Shown: positions 13,227 through 25,873, counted from the stretch's first letter. The stretch: 46,065 bases of DNA from Comamonadaceae bacterium (GCA_947503685.1 CANNEW010000001.1:1-46065); one strand, 5' to 3'. The notes: a model not told the origin generated them from the letters alone. A program made the numbers and translations.

Positions 13227-14399
13227 TTACGAGTCGGCCTCATAGACCACGGGGGATTGGGGATGCGCGGGCGAAAAAACCGGGGTGCCAGCAGCGGCTC
13301 GCGCGAGCAAGCTGCGCAGTTGCGCAAGTCCGGTTCCCGCTTGCGCGCTCAGAAAAACCCGGGCCGTTTGCTGACCGTCGAGTTCAAAAAAATCAGTGCT
13401 TTGTAGGGGCAGACGGGCCACGGGCATAGCGTCGATCTTGTTAAAAACCAATATCTGCGGCACTTTGTCGGCCCCGATTTCGATTAATACGCGCTGCACT
13501 TGCTCAATTTGCAGCATGTAATCCGGGTTGGACGCGTCCACCACATGCAGCAAAAAGTCAGCATCTACGGCCTCTTGCAAGGTGGCCTGGAATGCATCCA
13601 CCAGCCCATGGGGTAGGTCGCGGATAAAGCCCACCGTATCGGACAGCGATACCGAGCGCTCAGCTTCACCTAGATACAGTTGGCGGGTGGTGGTGTCGAG
13701 CGTGGCGAACAACTGGTCGGCCGCATAGGCACGGGCTTTGACCAAGGCATTAAACAGTGTGGATTTGCCCGCATTGGTGTATCCGATGAGCGAGATGTTG
13801 AAGGCGCCGCGCCGGTCGCGTTGTTTGCGCTGCGTCTGGCGCTGGCGCTTGACCTTGTCCAACTGCTCTTTAGTGCGCTTGATGTTGGCGGCGATCATGC
13901 GCCGATCCAGTTCGATCTGGGTTTCACCGGGACCGCCGCGATTACCGATGCCACCGCGCTGGCGCTCCAGATGCGACCAGCGGCGCACCAAACGGGTACT
14001 CAAATATTGCAAGCGCGCCAGTTCCACTTGTAACTTGCCTTCATGGCTGCGAGCTCTTTGGGCAAAGATTTCCAGGATCAAGAAGGTCCGGTCGTTCACC
14101 GGCATTTCCAAGCGGCGCTCCAAGTTACGTTGCTGGCCGGGGCTGAGGCTTTGGTCGAACAATAGCTCTTGCGCGCCCAGGCTTTGGGCCAAGAGTTTGA
14201 TTTCATCGGCTTTGCCGGTCCCTATGAACAAGGCGGCATCCGGGGCTCGGCGCTTACAGACGACTCTGGCTACCGGCTCCATACCCGCAGTTTGCGCAAG
14301 TTGACCCAATTCATCTAGCGCCGAATCGAAATTCGCAAGACCTAAATCGACGCCCACCAAAATGGTGCGCACGCTGAAATCGGCTTGTCGCGAGGTCAA
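13227..14399 (-). CDS. hflX: Ribosome-splitting GTPase HflX
   Basis: GKLQVELARLQY, GPGETQIELDRR, GYTNAGKST, LFATLD, DTVGF and NKID. Confidence 0.96.
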   Translation of the reverse strand: MTSRQADFSVRTILVGVDLGLANFDSALDELGQLAQTAGMEPVARVVCKRRAPDAALFIGTGKADEIKLLAQSLGAQELLFDQSLSPGQQRNLERRLEMPVNDRTFLILEIFAQRARSHEGKLQVELARLQYLSTRLVRRWSHLERQRGGIGNRGGPGETQIELDRRMIAANIKRTKEQLDKVKRQRQTQRKQRDRRGAFNISLIGYTNAGKSTLFNALVKARAYAADQLFATLDTTTRQLYLGEAERSVSLSDTVGFIRDLPHGLVDAFQATLQEAVDADFLLHVVDASNPDYMLQIEQVQRVLIEIGADKVPQILVFNKIDAMPVARLPLQSTDFFELDGQQTARVFLSAQAGTGLAQLRSLLARAAAGTPVFSPAHPQSPVVYEADS

Positions 14400-14447
14400 A
14401 TCAGGTAGGTCTACGCAGCAGCCCGATGGGGCCGCCCTGTAGCGATA

Positions 14448-14696
14448 TCAAGGCGCTTCAGCGTCGTCGGACGGGGTAAGTGCGAAATTGACTGCGCGCC
14501 CCGGCACGATAGTGGAAATCGCATGCTTGTACACCATCTGGGTCACGGTGTTTCGCAGCAAAACCACGTATTGATCAAAGGATTCAATCTGTCCCTGCAG
14601 TTTGATACCGTTGACCAGGTACACCGAAACCGGCACATGCTCCCGGCGCAAGGCGTTCAGAAAGGGGTCTTGGAGAAGTTGACTTTTGTTGTTCAC
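14448..14696 (-). CDS. hfq: RNA chaperone Hfq
   Basis: [31 protein letters not shown] and YKHAIST. GTG start at 14696. Confidence 0.98.
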   Translation of the reverse strand: MNNKSQLLQDPFLNALRREHVPVSVYLVNGIKLQGQIESFDQYVVLLRNTVTQMVYKHAISTIVPGRAVNFALTPSDDAEAP

Positions 14697-14731
14697 GATA
14701 TTTTCCGTGTTGAAAGTAGTAAGAACGGTTG

Positions 14732-14740
14732 AAGATACCA
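14732..14740 (-). promoter_or_regulatory. Putative extended -10 (TG-g-TATCTT) for hfq
   Basis: Minus strand TGGTATCTT in the der-hfq gap, about 35 bp upstream of the start. Confidence 0.4.
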
Positions 14741-14803
14741 CATTGGCAATGGATTCTCAGTGCCCGAAGTCACAGTGGGGGCTTAAGGCATGCGGCAAGC
14801 GGG

Positions 14804-16141
14804 TCAATTCTTGTCGGCATAGGGGTTGGCGGCCGACTTCATTTGGATACGCAGAGGTGTTCCCACCAGGTTAAATTCTTTGCGAAAACGCCCTTCTAAA
14901 AAGCGTTTATAGGCTTCTGTCACATGCTCGAGCGAATTGCCATGAACCACAATAATCGGCGGATTCATGCCGCCTTGGTGGGCGTAACGCAACTTCGGGC
15001 GGTACATACCGGTTTTCTTAGGCGTCTGAAACTGCACTGCCTCCAGCAGCAAACGGGTCAACACCGGCGTAGGCATTTTGCAGTTGGCCGCACGGTGCGC
15101 CTGAGCAATCGAATCCCAGACCGGCCCCAAGCCCTGGCGTTTGCGCGCAGAAATCAAATGCAAGGCGGCAAACTTTAAAAACCCCAAGCGGGTTTCGAGC
15201 GAGCGTTTCACCAGTTCACGCTGGTACTCGTCCACCGCATCCCATTTATTCACCGCCACCACCACCGCGCGCCCCGACTCCAAGATATAGCCTGCAATAT
15301 GGGCGTCCTGGTCGGTGACGCCTTCAATCGCGTCGATCAATAGCAAGACCACGCTGGCCGATTCAATCGCCTGCAAAGTTTTGACCACTGAAAACTTTTC
15401 AATTGCTTCAAATACTTTGCCTTTGCGGCGCAGACCTGCGGTATCAATCAGCTCAAATTTTTGTCCGCTGCGCTCAAAGGGAATGGAAATCGTGTCGCGC
15501 GTGGTGCCCGGTAAATCAAAGGCCACCAGGCGCTCTTCACCCAGCCAGGTGTTGATCAGCGTAGATTTGCCCACATTCGGACGCCCCGCTACCGCCAATT
15601 TGATTGTCCCGGGCTGGCTTTCTTCGGGCTCCAGAGCATCCGTGTCGGGTGCGAAAGGCGCCATCACCTGATCCATCAGCGCGCGGATGCCTTGTCCGTG
15701 GGCTGCGGACACTGCGATCACTGCACCTAAGCCGAGTTCATAAAACTCGCCAAACTGCGTGGTTTCGGTCATGCCTTCGGCTTTGTTGGCCACTACATAG
15801 CTGGTTTTACCCAGGCGGCGCAGGTACTTGGCAATTTCGTAGTCTTGCGCCGACACGCCGCCACGGCCATCCACAATAAAAAGTACGGCATCGGCTTCGG
15901 CCACCGCTTGGCGGGTCTGCTTGGCCATTTCTTTGAAGATACCGGTGGTCGCATCCGGCTCAAAACCGCCGGTATCCACGACGATGATTTCCTGCTTACC
16001 GTGTTTGGCATTGCCATAGTGGCGATCGCGCGTCAATCCGGCAAAGTCGGCAACGATGGCGTCGCGGCTTTTGGTTAGCCGATTAAACAGGGTCGACTTG
16101 CCTACATTAGGCCTGCCGACCAGAGCGATGACCGGTTTCAT
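14804..16141 (-). CDS. der: Ribosome biogenesis GTPase Der (EngA)
   Basis: Two tandem GTPase domains (GRPNVGKST twice, DTGG/DTAG, NKAE/NKWD) and a KH-like C-terminus. Confidence 0.98.
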   Translation of the reverse strand: MKPVIALVGRPNVGKSTLFNRLTKSRDAIVADFAGLTRDRHYGNAKHGKQEIIVVDTGGFEPDATTGIFKEMAKQTRQAVAEADAVLFIVDGRGGVSAQDYEIAKYLRRLGKTSYVVANKAEGMTETTQFGEFYELGLGAVIAVSAAHGQGIRALMDQVMAPFAPDTDALEPEESQPGTIKLAVAGRPNVGKSTLINTWLGEERLVAFDLPGTTRDTISIPFERSGQKFELIDTAGLRRKGKVFEAIEKFSVVKTLQAIESASVVLLLIDAIEGVTDQDAHIAGYILESGRAVVVAVNKWDAVDEYQRELVKRSLETRLGFLKFAALHLISARKRQGLGPVWDSIAQAHRAANCKMPTPVLTRLLLEAVQFQTPKKTGMYRPKLRYAHQGGMNPPIIVVHGNSLEHVTEAYKRFLEGRFRKEFNLVGTPLRIQMKSAANPYADKN

Positions 16142-16159
16142 ACAGCGTGGCCCTAGGGC

Positions 16160-17296
16160 CTATTGCAGCCGGAACCCGATGACGTTACCGCGCTGGGTGA
16201 TGACCACCCAGGTCGAAGCAAGCCACAAAGGCGCAGAAACAATCGGTGAACCATCGGTGCTAAGGCGGTTTAAGAGCTTGCCGTCGGTAGGAGAGAGAAA
16301 GTGCAGATTGCCGTCGCCATCGCCCATCAGCAAAGCGCCACCCGCCAGCGTTGGCCCCGTCACACTGCGAAAGCGCAATTTTTCGTTAGTCCACAATTTT
16401 TCACCATCGGCGCGGCGCCAGGCGATCACTTTGCCATCGCTTTCGGTACCGAACACGGTTTGGGCATCACCGCCGATACCCGAAGCGCCTGAGGCGGATT
16501 TATTCCACAGACTGCGACCGGTACGCGCGTCCACGCAGGCGACAGCGTACTGAAAAGCCCGCAAACATACGGAATCGGCAACCCGGCTCACACCCGAGAC
16601 CAAATCAGCCAGGCGTTCCACCTCGTTCACCCCGCGCCCGCTGGCTACTTGCACATCCCAGCGCAGCGATCCATTTTGCGGGTTCAAACCGAGTAAGCGG
16701 CCGCCCTGCGCCGCCAGCAGGGTATCGCCTACCGCCGTCAATAAGCCGGCCTGCCCCAGTAACAAGGTTTCACCGGAACGCTGCTGCGTCCAGAGCTTGC
16801 GCCCGTTTGCTGCGTCAAAGGCATAGACCGTGCGGTCCGCAGCCAAAACGAATACCCGCTCGCCTGCGACCAAGGGCGCGGTGACTACCAGCGAAGGAAT
16901 CTTTTGACGCCATAGCTCTTTTTGCTCGCTTTGGACAATCAACTGGTTGTCAAGGCTGAGCACTGCGACAAACTGCTTGTCAGCACCTACACCGGCACTG
17001 AGTAATTGCCCGGCGCTGGCCCGCCCACGTACTTGACCGCTGGCGGCATCAATCAGGCTCAGTTCGCCTTGACTGGAAGCAGCCCACAGCAGTGGGCCGA
17101 CCGCACGCACCTCCAGGGGTGACGCGGTAGAGCCCACATTGACACGCCATACTTCCTTGACGGCCAGACTGGCGGGATTGGCCTCCAGGGACTCGGGTTT
17201 TGGTTTGTCAAAACCGGCGCAGCCGACCAGTGCCAGTGCCACGCCGCAGACACAGCTTGCGAAGAGGCTGCGCAAAAAAAATCTGCCTTGGGCCAT
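16160..17296 (-). CDS. bamB: Outer membrane protein assembly lipoprotein BamB
   Basis: Lipobox LVGC, PQQ-like beta-propeller repeats (AFDAANGRKLW, DARTGRSLW) and NEVERLAD. Lies between yfgM and der. Confidence 0.92.
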   Translation of the reverse strand: MAQGRFFLRSLFASCVCGVALALVGCAGFDKPKPESLEANPASLAVKEVWRVNVGSTASPLEVRAVGPLLWAASSQGELSLIDAASGQVRGRASAGQLLSAGVGADKQFVAVLSLDNQLIVQSEQKELWRQKIPSLVVTAPLVAGERVFVLAADRTVYAFDAANGRKLWTQQRSGETLLLGQAGLLTAVGDTLLAAQGGRLLGLNPQNGSLRWDVQVASGRGVNEVERLADLVSGVSRVADSVCLRAFQYAVACVDARTGRSLWNKSASGASGIGGDAQTVFGTESDGKVIAWRRADGEKLWTNEKLRFRSVTGPTLAGGALLMGDGDGNLHFLSPTDGKLLNRLSTDGSPIVSAPLWLASTWVVITQRGNVIGFRLQ

Positions 17297-17976
17297 TATT
17301 TCAGTCCCTCAGCCACTTTGGGAGCAGCGAAAGCCTGTGGGTCCACACCCAGCGCGTTGAGTTTGACCTGCACCACGCGCCGGTATTGCGCGCGCTCTTC
17401 TAATTTTTGGTAGGCCAGTAAATAAGCCGCTTTGGCCTCGGAACGCTTATCCTGCACCGCAAAGATATCGCCTTTGCGATCGGCCACCAGGGCCGCAAAT
17501 GCTTCGTCGGCAACGCCGTCTAGCAGCGTGAGGGCCTGCGCATAGTCTTTGGCATCGAAGTACAGATTAGCCAAACGCAGGCGGGCAATAGCGGCATAGC
17601 CCTGATCCCCGGATTTATCCACCACCCATTGCAAAGCCGATTTAGCAGCATCGTTATCGCCCTTATCGCTAGCCTGGCGCGCCCAAGCTAAGGCTGCCTG
17701 TTGGGTGTAGGTGGCCGATGGGTGGCGTTCTTTCATATCCGAAAAGCTTCGCTGCGCCAAGGACGTATCACCTGTGGCGACCGACTTGCTCATTTCATCG
17801 AACAAGGCGGCAGACTGGCTTGCTTGGCTGCGCTGCCAATAGTGGTAGCCGTTCCATGCGACGACCGCCAGCAGTACGACGACGAGCAGCCCCGTGATCA
17901 AATTGCCGTATCGGCTCCAGAAATGCTTGAGCTGGTCAAGCTGCTCTTGTTCTTCAAGGTCTAATTGGTTGGCCAT
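17296..17976 (-). CDS. yfgM: YfgM ancillary SecYEG subunit (TPR)
   Basis: LEEQEQLDQLKHFW..YG, one TM segment, ARLRLA and DRKGD. Synteny hisS-yfgM-bamB. Confidence 0.92.
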   Translation of the reverse strand: MANQLDLEEQEQLDQLKHFWSRYGNLITGLLVVVLLAVVAWNGYHYWQRSQASQSAALFDEMSKSVATGDTSLAQRSFSDMKERHPSATYTQQAALAWARQASDKGDNDAAKSALQWVVDKSGDQGYAAIARLRLANLYFDAKDYAQALTLLDGVADEAFAALVADRKGDIFAVQDKRSEAKAAYLLAYQKLEERAQYRRVVQVKLNALGVDPQAFAAPKVAEGLK

Positions 17977-17988
17977 GGCATTACGTGA

Positions 17989-19302
17989 TTAAGCCACGGA
18001 TTGTAGGCTTTGCGCCCATTGCGCCCAATCGGCCATGGCTACCGTGCGTTGCAGGGTCGATGCATTGCGCAGGTCTTTGATGCTCAGATTACCGCCGGCC
18101 ATTTCGTCGGCGCCAAACACCAGGACATAGCGGGCTCCGCTAGCGTCGGCTTTTTTGAACTGAGATTTCATGCTGGCCATGGCGCCGTCCGCACTCGCGT
18201 GCAACTGCACCGCCACGCCCACACCACGCAATTGCTCCAGAGTACTCAGCGCATCAGGCAGAAAATTTTTATCGGTGACCACCGCGAACGCATCCGGTGC
18301 CGTCGGCGCAGCATGCACGCCCTGTGTCTTAAGCAACTCCAGCAATCGCTCCATGCCCAGCGCCCAGCCCACCGCCGGTGCAGCTTTACCACCTACCTCT
18401 TCCACCAGATAGTCATAACGCCCGCCACCGCATATCGTTCCCTGGGAGCCTAGTTCGGTAGTCACAAACTCAAACACCGTGAGGTTGTAATAGTCCATAC
18501 CGCGCACCAGCCGGGGGTTGATGACATAGTCCACTGCATTGGCCTTCAATATGGCCAGTACCGCATCCAAATGCGCGCGTGATGCATCGCCCTGGAAGTC
18601 CATGAGACGGGGCGCAGCCTCAATCACGGCCTGCATAGCCGGGTTTTTACTATCGAGTAAGCGCAACGGGTTCAGGTGCAGACGGCGGCGCGACTCAGCG
18701 TCCAAGACTTCGTCGTGCTGTTCAAAATAGGCAATCAAGGCGCCACGGTGCAATTTACGCTCATCCGGCTGGCCCAGGTTGTTGATGTGCAATTGCACGC
18801 CTTGAATGCCCAATTCTTTCCACAGCGCATGCGCCATCAAAATGAGTTCGGCGTCGAGTTCGGGGCCGGCAAAGCCCAGGGCTTCGGCGCCAATTTGGTA
18901 AAACTGGCGGTAACGCCCGCGCTGCGGACGCTCATGGCGGAACATGGGGCCGATGTAGAACAGGCGTTTGCCACCGTTATACAGAAGGTTGTGCTCCACG
19001 ACGGCGCGCACCAAGCCGGCAGTGTTCTCGGGGCGCAGGGTGAGCTGCTCGCCATTGAGTCGGTCTTCAAAGGAGTACATCTCCTTTTCAACAATATCCG
19101 TCACCTCCCCCAGGCCGCGCACAAATAGTGCGGTAGGTTCGACGATCGGCGTGCGGATACTCTCGTATGCATAACGTCGCATCAAGGAGCGCACGCGCGC
19201 CTCCAAGTCTTCCCAGCGCGCCGATTCCGGCGGCAGGATGTCGTTCATGCCTTTGACGGCCACCAGGCGTTCCGCCTTGCGTGGCGATGGTGCTTGATTC
19301 AT
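17989..19302 (-). CDS. hisS: Histidine--tRNA ligase
   Basis: [38 protein letters not shown] and GGGRYD. ATG 19302 chosen so it does not overlap ispG. Confidence 0.97.
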   Translation of the reverse strand: MNQAPSPRKAERLVAVKGMNDILPPESARWEDLEARVRSLMRRYAYESIRTPIVEPTALFVRGLGEVTDIVEKEMYSFEDRLNGEQLTLRPENTAGLVRAVVEHNLLYNGGKRLFYIGPMFRHERPQRGRYRQFYQIGAEALGFAGPELDAELILMAHALWKELGIQGVQLHINNLGQPDERKLHRGALIAYFEQHDEVLDAESRRRLHLNPLRLLDSKNPAMQAVIEAAPRLMDFQGDASRAHLDAVLAILKANAVDYVINPRLVRGMDYYNLTVFEFVTTELGSQGTICGGGRYDYLVEEVGGKAAPAVGWALGMERLLELLKTQGVHAAPTAPDAFAVVTDKNFLPDALSTLEQLRGVGVAVQLHASADGAMASMKSQFKKADASGARYVLVFGADEMAGGNLSIKDLRNASTLQRTVAMADWAQWAQSLQSVA

Positions 19303-19312
19303 AAAGTGTGTT

Positions 19313-20581
19313 TTATTTGAGCGCCGGCGCGCCAAAGCGCTCACGGATATAGTTTTCCACCACCGCTTGGAATTCCGTGGCTATCGATTCACCACGCAAG
19401 GTCATGCGTTTTTCGCCGTCGATAAATACCGGGGCCGCAGGGGCCTCACCGGTACCAGGCAGGCTGATGCCGATATCGGCATGTTTGCTTTCGCCTGGCC
19501 CGTTGACGATGCAGCCCATGACCGCGACCTTAAGGCCTTCCACACCTGGAAACTCTTTGCGCCACACCGGCATTTTGTCGCGCAAAAAATTGTCAATCTG
19601 CTGCGTGAGTTCCTGAAACGTGGTGCTGGTGGTACGTCCACAGCCGGGGCAGGCGGTAACGCTCGGAACAAAAGCGCGCAAGCCCAGTGCCTGCAAAATT
19701 TCAGCCGCAATCACCACCTCCTGGTTACGCGACTCGCCAGGCGCTGGCGTAAGCGACACGCGAATGGTGTCGCCAATGCCCTCTTGTAGCAAAACCGACA
19801 AAGCTGCGCTGGAAGCCACCGTGCCTTTGGTACCCATACCCGCCTCGGTCAGACCCAGATGCAAGGGATAAGAAGTGCTGCGGCCGAGTTCGCGATAGAC
19901 CGCAATCAAGTCCTGCACGCCACTGACTTTGCAAGAAATAATGATCTGCTTGGCCGCCATGCCCATGGATTGCGCCAGTTGCGCGGAACCCACCGCCGAG
20001 CTGATCAAGGCCTGGTACATCACCTGTTTGTAATTGCGCGGTTCAGGCAGCTTGCTGTTGGCGTCCATCAAATCAGCGAGTAACTCTTGGTCCAGACTGC
20101 CCCAGTTCACACCGATGCGCACCGGCTTATCCCAGCGCATGGCTGCATCAATCATTTGCCCGAACTGCCGGTCTTTCTTATCGCCCTTACCGACATTGCC
20201 CGGGTTGATGCGGTATTTGGAAAGCGCCTGCGCACAATCGGGAAAATCTGTCAGCAGTCGGTGGCCGTTGTAATGAAAATCACCGATCAAGGGTACTGCG
20301 ATACCCATGCGGTCTAATTGTTCTCGGATGTAAGGAACCGCCTGTGCCGCTTCGGGCGTATTGACGGTGATGCGCACGAGCTCGGAACCGGCCAGCGCCA
20401 ATTCCTTCACCTGAATCGCCGTACCGATGGCGTCCACTGTGTCGGTGTTGGTCATAGACTGGATACGCACAGGCGCGCCTCCACCAATGGTTATCACATT
20501 GCTGTCCCAGCGCACACTGGCCTGAAGGCCTTGGCGCGCAGCTACTCCATTGGAGTTCAAAAAAGTCTGACTGGTCATCAT
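19313..20581 (-). CDS. ispG: HMBPP synthase (GcpE)
   Basis: [34 protein letters not shown] and [14 protein letters not shown] overlap with the rodZ stop. Confidence 0.97.
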   Translation of the reverse strand: MMTSQTFLNSNGVAARQGLQASVRWDSNVITIGGGAPVRIQSMTNTDTVDAIGTAIQVKELALAGSELVRITVNTPEAAQAVPYIREQLDRMGIAVPLIGDFHYNGHRLLTDFPDCAQALSKYRINPGNVGKGDKKDRQFGQMIDAAMRWDKPVRIGVNWGSLDQELLADLMDANSKLPEPRNYKQVMYQALISSAVGSAQLAQSMGMAAKQIIISCKVSGVQDLIAVYRELGRSTSYPLHLGLTEAGMGTKGTVASSAALSVLLQEGIGDTIRVSLTPAPGESRNQEVVIAAEILQALGLRAFVPSVTACPGCGRTTSTTFQELTQQIDNFLRDKMPVWRKEFPGVEGLKVAVMGCIVNGPGESKHADIGISLPGTGEAPAAPVFIDGEKRMTLRGESIATEFQAVVENYIRERFGAPALK

Positions 20582-21480
20582 GGCACCTTGAATCTGGCAA
20601 CATTGTCTTGGGTATGCGTCTCCAACGAGAAAAGCGCGCCTCGCACCCATACATCGGTATGGTCGGCCCGTCCTACCACCACCGCAAGTGGTAAGTCGCC
20701 AAGCACTTCGGTAGCTTCAGAAGCAGCCAATGTGCGTCGCAACAAGACCGTTCCCTTGGCGTCGGTGACTTCAATCCAGGTACTACCGCGCGCCTTGAAC
20801 ACCAGCACCGGCTGCGCAAGCTTGAGCGTCGATGCGCCGCGATCCAGCTCGGTGGGCAGCGCAGGCGCTTCGGGCATGGGCCCCGAAGGCAGTGTGGCGG
20901 GCACGGCTTGGACGGCAGCGTCTTGCGGCTCCGATGGGGTCGCCGGTGCTGCAGGCGCGCTGGGCTGCGGCGCAGCAGTTGTTAGCGCAGCTTGACCCAT
21001 CTGCGCGATCTGCGCAATCTGCGGATAGAAATAAATCAAACCGGCCAACAACAACAAAATCAATGCAACCCACCAGACCGGAGACACCGGCCCCGGTGCA
21101 TCGCGCAACATGGTCCGCCGCGTTTCCTTGGTGAAAGCTCCCGCCGCTTCGTGCATGCCGGGGGCAGGCCCCTGGGGCGTCGGCTGCGGCAATTGGGCCA
21201 ATAGGGCCTGTGCATCCAGGCCGAGAAAACGCGCCACGCTGGCGACCATGGCGCGGCCGCTGTGCAGATTGTGGCCTTTTTCAAATTGATTGTTCTCAAA
21301 GGCCTGCAAGCGCGGTACCGATACTTTCAGGCGCGCCGACAAGCTCTCCAGGGACATCCCCAAGTCCAAGCGCGCACGCTGCAACTGCTGCCCCACACTA
21401 GGCGCTTTCTCTGCAAGCGTCGCGTCAGCAAATTCGGAGGGCACACGCAGCCCGATCGTTGATTCGTCCGCATTAGTCAT
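20578..21480 (-). CDS. rodZ: RodZ-like cell shape protein (HTH + TM + DUF4115)
   Basis: N-terminal HTH ([21 protein letters not shown]), single TM, Pro/Ala linker and C-terminal WIEVTDA.G. Synteny supports the call. Confidence 0.88.
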   Translation of the reverse strand: MTNADESTIGLRVPSEFADATLAEKAPSVGQQLQRARLDLGMSLESLSARLKVSVPRLQAFENNQFEKGHNLHSGRAMVASVARFLGLDAQALLAQLPQPTPQGPAPGMHEAAGAFTKETRRTMLRDAPGPVSPVWWVALILLLLAGLIYFYPQIAQIAQMGQAALTTAAPQPSAPAAPATPSEPQDAAVQAVPATLPSGPMPEAPALPTELDRGASTLKLAQPVLVFKARGSTWIEVTDAKGTVLLRRTLAASEATEVLGDLPLAVVVGRADHTDVWVRGALFSLETHTQDNVARFKVP

Positions 21481-22309
21481 CGAACACCCCTTTGTCGAGC
21501 AAACTCAGCTCAGGTGATGGAGCAAAACGGCTACGCAAGCTTGCGCTCAATGCCGTCACTTGTAAGCCGTCTCCGCGCTTGCGGGCCAGCTTGATGCCCA
21601 GCCACAGGGTCTGGGCATTGGCCCATTGCGAAGCATTGACAGGAGCAACAAATGCGTGCGCACGCGCGTGATCCCCCTGCTTAAATAAATGCAAGGCCAA
21701 GTTATAGCTGACCACTGGGTTGGCAGGTTCCAAGCTAAAGGCGGTCAATAAACTATTTTCCGCATCGGCCATCTGCCCGGCCTTGGCCTGGCACAAGCCC
21801 TGGGTCAGCCAGGTTTTGGCGCGTGCGTCGTAGGTCGGGTTGGCCAAGGCGGCGCTAAACATGGCCATGGCCTCGCCCATACGGCCTTGCTGGCACAAAA
21901 ACCATCCGTAATTGTGTTGCACTGAAGCCGCTTGCGCCTGTACCGCCAGAGCTTTGCGAAAGCCTTCCTCGGCGAGTGCAGGCTCGTTCATACGCATATA
22001 AATCAGTCCGCGCAGGTTATGCGCTTCGTACAAACCATTGTCTGCGGCCAGGCTTTGCTGCATTGCATCCAGCGCATAGCTGTTCATTCCGTCGGCAAAA
22101 TAGGTGGAGGCCAACTCCAAATACACACGGGCGCGCTTGCGTGCCTCGGAATCGACGGCGGCGGTACTCAGCTCGGTCTTACCAGCTCCTGCGCAAGCTG
22201 CCAACAAGACTAGCAAGTACAGGCCAGCAAACACACGACTGCGGGCTAGCAATGGGGCATAGACCCTGCCAGGCGCTAGCGCCAAACAAGCCTGCACATC
22301 AAACCGCAT
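21473..22309 (-). CDS. pilW: Type IV pilus pilotin PilW/PilF (TPR lipoprotein)
   Basis: Lipobox [13 protein letters not shown] and TPRs ([11 protein letters not shown]). Lies between rlmN and rodZ. Start ATG 22309 is uncertain. Confidence 0.88.
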   Translation of the reverse strand: MRFDVQACLALAPGRVYAPLLARSRVFAGLYLLVLLAACAGAGKTELSTAAVDSEARKRARVYLELASTYFADGMNSYALDAMQQSLAADNGLYEAHNLRGLIYMRMNEPALAEEGFRKALAVQAQAASVQHNYGWFLCQQGRMGEAMAMFSAALANPTYDARAKTWLTQGLCQAKAGQMADAENSLLTAFSLEPANPVVSYNLALHLFKQGDHARAHAFVAPVNASQWANAQTLWLGIKLARKRGDGLQVTALSASLRSRFAPSPELSLLDKGVFDD

Positions 22310-23456
22310 GCAGCACCTCCGCCGAGGCTGCAATTCCAGGCGACGCGGTTTCGCGCGCTTTACGCTTGTCCATGCGCAACATGACGCGGGTACGGTCGCG
22401 CACTTCGCCTGCCAGCTGACCACAAGCGGCGTCGATATCATCGCCGCGGGTTTTGCGTACCGTGGTAACGATTCCCGCGTCGTTCAAGCTGCGGGCAAAG
22501 GCTGCCACGGCTGCCGGCGTAGAGCGCTGCAAGCCGGACGCGGGGAAGGGATTGAAGGGAATCAGATTGAGCTTGCACCATCCGGCGCGGCCCTGGCCAT
22601 AACGGCGCAGCAGCGCAATCAATTCCTGCGCCATGGCCGGCGTGTCATTTACGCCATTGAGCATGCAATATTCAAAGGTGATGAAGTCGCGCGGCGCCAC
22701 TGACAGATAGCGTTCGCAAGCGCGCATGAGTTCATCGAGCGGATACTTTTTATTCAAGGGAACCAAGTCATCACGCAGTGCGTCTTGCGGCGCATGCAGA
22801 GAAACCGCCAGCGCCACCGGGCAGTCCTGGCCCAAGCGGTCCATGATGGGCACCATGCCGGAGGTGGACACCGTGACGCGGCGGCGCGACAAACCATAGG
22901 CGTGGTCATCGAGCATGGTCCGCAAAGCCGGTAACAGTTCAGCGTAATTTTGCAATGGCTCACCCATACCCATCATGACCACATTGGAGATGATGCGTTC
23001 ATCGCGCCCGAGGTGCTTGCGCAAAAAATGCTCAGCAAACCAAAGCTGGGCAATGATTTCCCCCGCCGTGAGGTTGCGGCTAAAGCCCTGGTGGCCCGTA
23101 GAACAAAAGCAGCAGGCTACCGCGCAACCGGCCTGGGACGAAACACACAAAGTGCCACGGTCGGCCTCGGGGATATACACCGCTTCGATGGCGTCACCAG
23201 CGCCGACATCGAACAACCACTTGATCGTGCCATCTGCAGATACTTGCTGTGATACCACCGGCATTGCTTGGACCATGGCGCCGGTCTTGAGCTTTTCGCG
23301 CAAGGACTTGGCCAGGTCGCTCATCGCCTCAAAGTCGCTAGCGCCTCTTTGGTGTATCCAGCGGAACAATTGCACGGCCCGAAATCGCTTTTCGCCCAGG
23401 CGCTCGCAAAAACGGGCCAAACCCTCGAGGTCGTAGTCGAGTAGATTGGCCCGCAT
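22299..23456 (-). CDS. rlmN: Dual-specificity RNA m2A methyltransferase RlmN
   Basis: CVSSQAGC, radical SAM CxxxCxxC, MGMGEP, SLHAP and [12 protein letters not shown]. Confidence 0.97.
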   Translation of the reverse strand: MRANLLDYDLEGLARFCERLGEKRFRAVQLFRWIHQRGASDFEAMSDLAKSLREKLKTGAMVQAMPVVSQQVSADGTIKWLFDVGAGDAIEAVYIPEADRGTLCVSSQAGCAVACCFCSTGHQGFSRNLTAGEIIAQLWFAEHFLRKHLGRDERIISNVVMMGMGEPLQNYAELLPALRTMLDDHAYGLSRRRVTVSTSGMVPIMDRLGQDCPVALAVSLHAPQDALRDDLVPLNKKYPLDELMRACERYLSVAPRDFITFEYCMLNGVNDTPAMAQELIALLRRYGQGRAGWCKLNLIPFNPFPASGLQRSTPAAVAAFARSLNDAGIVTTVRKTRGDDIDAACGQLAGEVRDRTRVMLRMDKRKARETASPGIAASAEVLHAV

Positions 23457-23464
23457 AGTCGGGT

Positions 23465-23890
23465 TTAGCGTGCGTAAATCTGCATGCCGGGGAAGAAAAA
23501 GGCAATCTCTACTGCCGCTGTTTCCGGCGCGTCCGAACCATGCACCGCATTGGCGTCAATGCTGGCTGCAAAGTCGGCGCGAATAGTACCGGGGTTGGCC
23601 TTCTTGGGGTCGGTAGCGCCCATGAGGTCGCGGTTGGTGATGATGGCGTTGGGGCCTTCTAGGGCCTGGATCATCACTGGACCGGAGATCATGAAATCCA
23701 CCAAGTCGTTAAAGAAGGGGCGCTCTTTGTGCACTGCGTAAAAAGCTTGTGCTTCACCTCGGGAGAGGTGGGCCATACGGGCCGCGATCACCTGCAGTCC
23801 AGCGCCTTCGAAGCGTGCGTAAATTTGTCCGATAACGTTTTTCGCCACAGCGTCGGGTTTGATGATGGAGAGCGTGCGTTCGATTGCCAT
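23465..23890 (-). CDS. ndk: Nucleoside diphosphate kinase
   Basis: [20 protein letters not shown] and NAVHGSD. Confidence 0.98.
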   Translation of the reverse strand: MAIERTLSIIKPDAVAKNVIGQIYARFEGAGLQVIAARMAHLSRGEAQAFYAVHKERPFFNDLVDFMISGPVMIQALEGPNAIITNRDLMGATDPKKANPGTIRADFAASIDANAVHGSDAPETAAVEIAFFFPGMQIYAR

Positions 23891-23947
23891 AGTCTTGAGT
23901 AAACCTTCGTTTTGAATAGTATCGCCACCCTGTGTGGCAAAGCACCC

Positions 23948-23956
23948 ATTTTAGCA
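23948..23956 (-). promoter_or_regulatory. Putative extended -10 (TG-c-TAAAAT) for the ndk operon
   Basis: Minus strand TGCTAAAAT just past the rluB stop, about 57 bp upstream of the ndk ATG. Confidence 0.55.
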
Positions 23957-23964
23957 TCCGACCC

Positions 23965-25269
23965 CTAGCGGGGGCGGCCTTTTCCCCTGGGCCCAAAGGG
24001 CATAGCACTGGACTTACCGCCCTGCTGTTTACGCTGGCGCGTCAAACTATCGGCGCCGATATAGCCGACCGAAGTTTTCAAGGGATCGGGCTGGCCCGCC
24101 AACGCCTTGGCAGGCGCTGCCCGCGTTTCACCCACCGGGCTGCCAAATTTATTCTTCGCAGGCATGGGGTCACGACCGGCTCGCGGCCCTCTTGCGGCAC
24201 CCGGCCCCCGGGCTTTGCCGTAGGCCGGTTTGCCTGAGCCCACGCGCTCGGGCCGGCCAGGCGCGGCTTGCCCAGGAGCGCCTGCGAGACCGCCCGCCGC
24301 CTGGGTCAAAGCGCGGATATCGGATTCTTCCAACTCCATCCAAGCGCCACGCTTGAGACCGCGTGGCAAGAGCATAGCGCCGTAGCGGATGCGAATGAGG
24401 CGGCTGACCGCATGGCCCACGGCCTCGATCATCCGGCGCACCTCGCGGTTACGCCCCTCGGAAATCGTCACGCGGTACCAGCAATTACTGCCCTCGCCGC
24501 CGCCATCCTGGATGCTGCCAAATTGCGCCACGCCGTCGTCCAGGCGCACACCGTCCAGCAACAAGTGCTTCTCGTCACGGCTCAGGGAGCCCAAAACCCG
24601 CACCGCGTATTCGCGCTCCAGGCCGAAACGCGGATGCATCAGCTGGTTGGCCAGGTCGCCAGAACTGGTAAAAAGCAACAAGCCTTCGGTATTGAGGTCT
24701 AAGCGCCCTACCGATTGCCACTTGCCTTGTTGCAGCTTGGGCAGTCGTCGAAAGACGGTGGGCCGGTTTTGCGGGTCATCGTGTGTCACCACCTCGCCCA
24801 CCGGCTTGTGGTAGGCAATAACGCGCGCGGGCGGCGGGTCAATGCGAAAACGCACCGGCTTGCCATTGACCTTGATATGGTCGCCAAACTGAATCCGCTG
24901 GCCAATGTGCGCTGGTTCGTTATTGACCGAAATGCGCCCTTCCAAGATCAGACGCTCCATCTCTAGGCGCGAACCCATGCCCGATTGCGCCAAAATTTTG
25001 TGCAACTTGGGCGTCTCGGCTTGCGCTTGCAAAATCCGCCGAGGCTCGGCTACGGCGGCATCGGCATCCTCCAGATCAAAGGCGCCTGACACCACCGCAT
25101 CAAACAGGCTGTCGGACTGCGGCGGCGCACCGTCCGATGCAATGGCCGCGTTGGCAAGCGGCTGCGCCAACGCGATTGCATCGACGGGCAATGCGTCTGG
25201 GGCCTTGGGGTTTGTCACAGTGGTGGGCTTTCCTGGGGAATGATCAGACAGGGCTTGCGGGGTCGGCAT
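23965..25269 (-). CDS. rluB: 23S rRNA pseudouridine synthase RluB (RsuA family)
   Basis: S4 domain ([14 protein letters not shown]), [13 protein letters not shown] and EGRNREVRR. Follows scpB. Start uncertain (ATG 25269 or TTG 25284). Confidence 0.9.
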   Translation of the reverse strand: MPTPQALSDHSPGKPTTVTNPKAPDALPVDAIALAQPLANAAIASDGAPPQSDSLFDAVVSGAFDLEDADAAVAEPRRILQAQAETPKLHKILAQSGMGSRLEMERLILEGRISVNNEPAHIGQRIQFGDHIKVNGKPVRFRIDPPPARVIAYHKPVGEVVTHDDPQNRPTVFRRLPKLQQGKWQSVGRLDLNTEGLLLFTSSGDLANQLMHPRFGLEREYAVRVLGSLSRDEKHLLLDGVRLDDGVAQFGSIQDGGGEGSNCWYRVTISEGRNREVRRMIEAVGHAVSRLIRIRYGAMLLPRGLKRGAWMELEESDIRALTQAAGGLAGAPGQAAPGRPERVGSGKPAYGKARGPGAARGPRAGRDPMPAKNKFGSPVGETRAAPAKALAGQPDPLKTSVGYIGADSLTRQRKQQGGKSSAMPFGPRGKGRPR

Positions 25270-25873
25270 TGCCGCTTGCGGCATCCGGCGCGGCTAACAG
25301 CAGCTCGGCATTCGGGCTGGCGCCTGACACCGCATCGGCCAGCATCTGGACGTTGGCTTGGCCCATCGCTTCCAAGGGCGGTAAATCTCCCAAGCTGGAC
25401 AGCCCTAAATCATCTAAAAATTGCTTGGTGGTGGCAAACAAAGCCGGGCGCCCTGGCGCCTCGCGGTGGCCGATGACTTCGACCCAACCCCGGTCTTCGA
25501 GTTGTTTAAGCAACAACGAGTTGATGGTGACGCCGCGTATATCCTCCATGTCACCGCGGGTCACCGGTTGGCGGTAAGCGATGATGGCCAGCGTTTCCAG
25601 CGTGGCGCGGGTATAGCGGGGTGGCTTTTCCGGGTGCAGGCGGTCCAGGTATTCGCGCATTTGTGGGCGGCTTTGGAAACGCCAGCCGCTGGCCACTTGG
25701 ACCAGCTCAATGCCTTTGGCCTCCCACTCCGTTTGCAGTTGCGCCAACAGCGTCAGGATGTCCTCCTCACCCAGGGCATCCTGAAACAAGGTGGCCATAT
25801 CGCGCACGCTCAAGGCTTGATGCCCGCACAAGAGCGCGGTTTCCAGGATTCGCAAAGCGTGTGCCAAATTCAT
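25244..25873 (-). CDS. scpB: SMC-Scp complex subunit ScpB
   Basis: [24 protein letters not shown] and [19 protein letters not shown]. Confidence 0.95.
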   Translation of the reverse strand: MNLAHALRILETALLCGHQALSVRDMATLFQDALGEEDILTLLAQLQTEWEAKGIELVQVASGWRFQSRPQMREYLDRLHPEKPPRYTRATLETLAIIAYRQPVTRGDMEDIRGVTINSLLLKQLEDRGWVEVIGHREAPGRPALFATTKQFLDDLGLSSLGDLPPLEAMGQANVQMLADAVSGASPNAELLLAAPDAASGNADPASPV

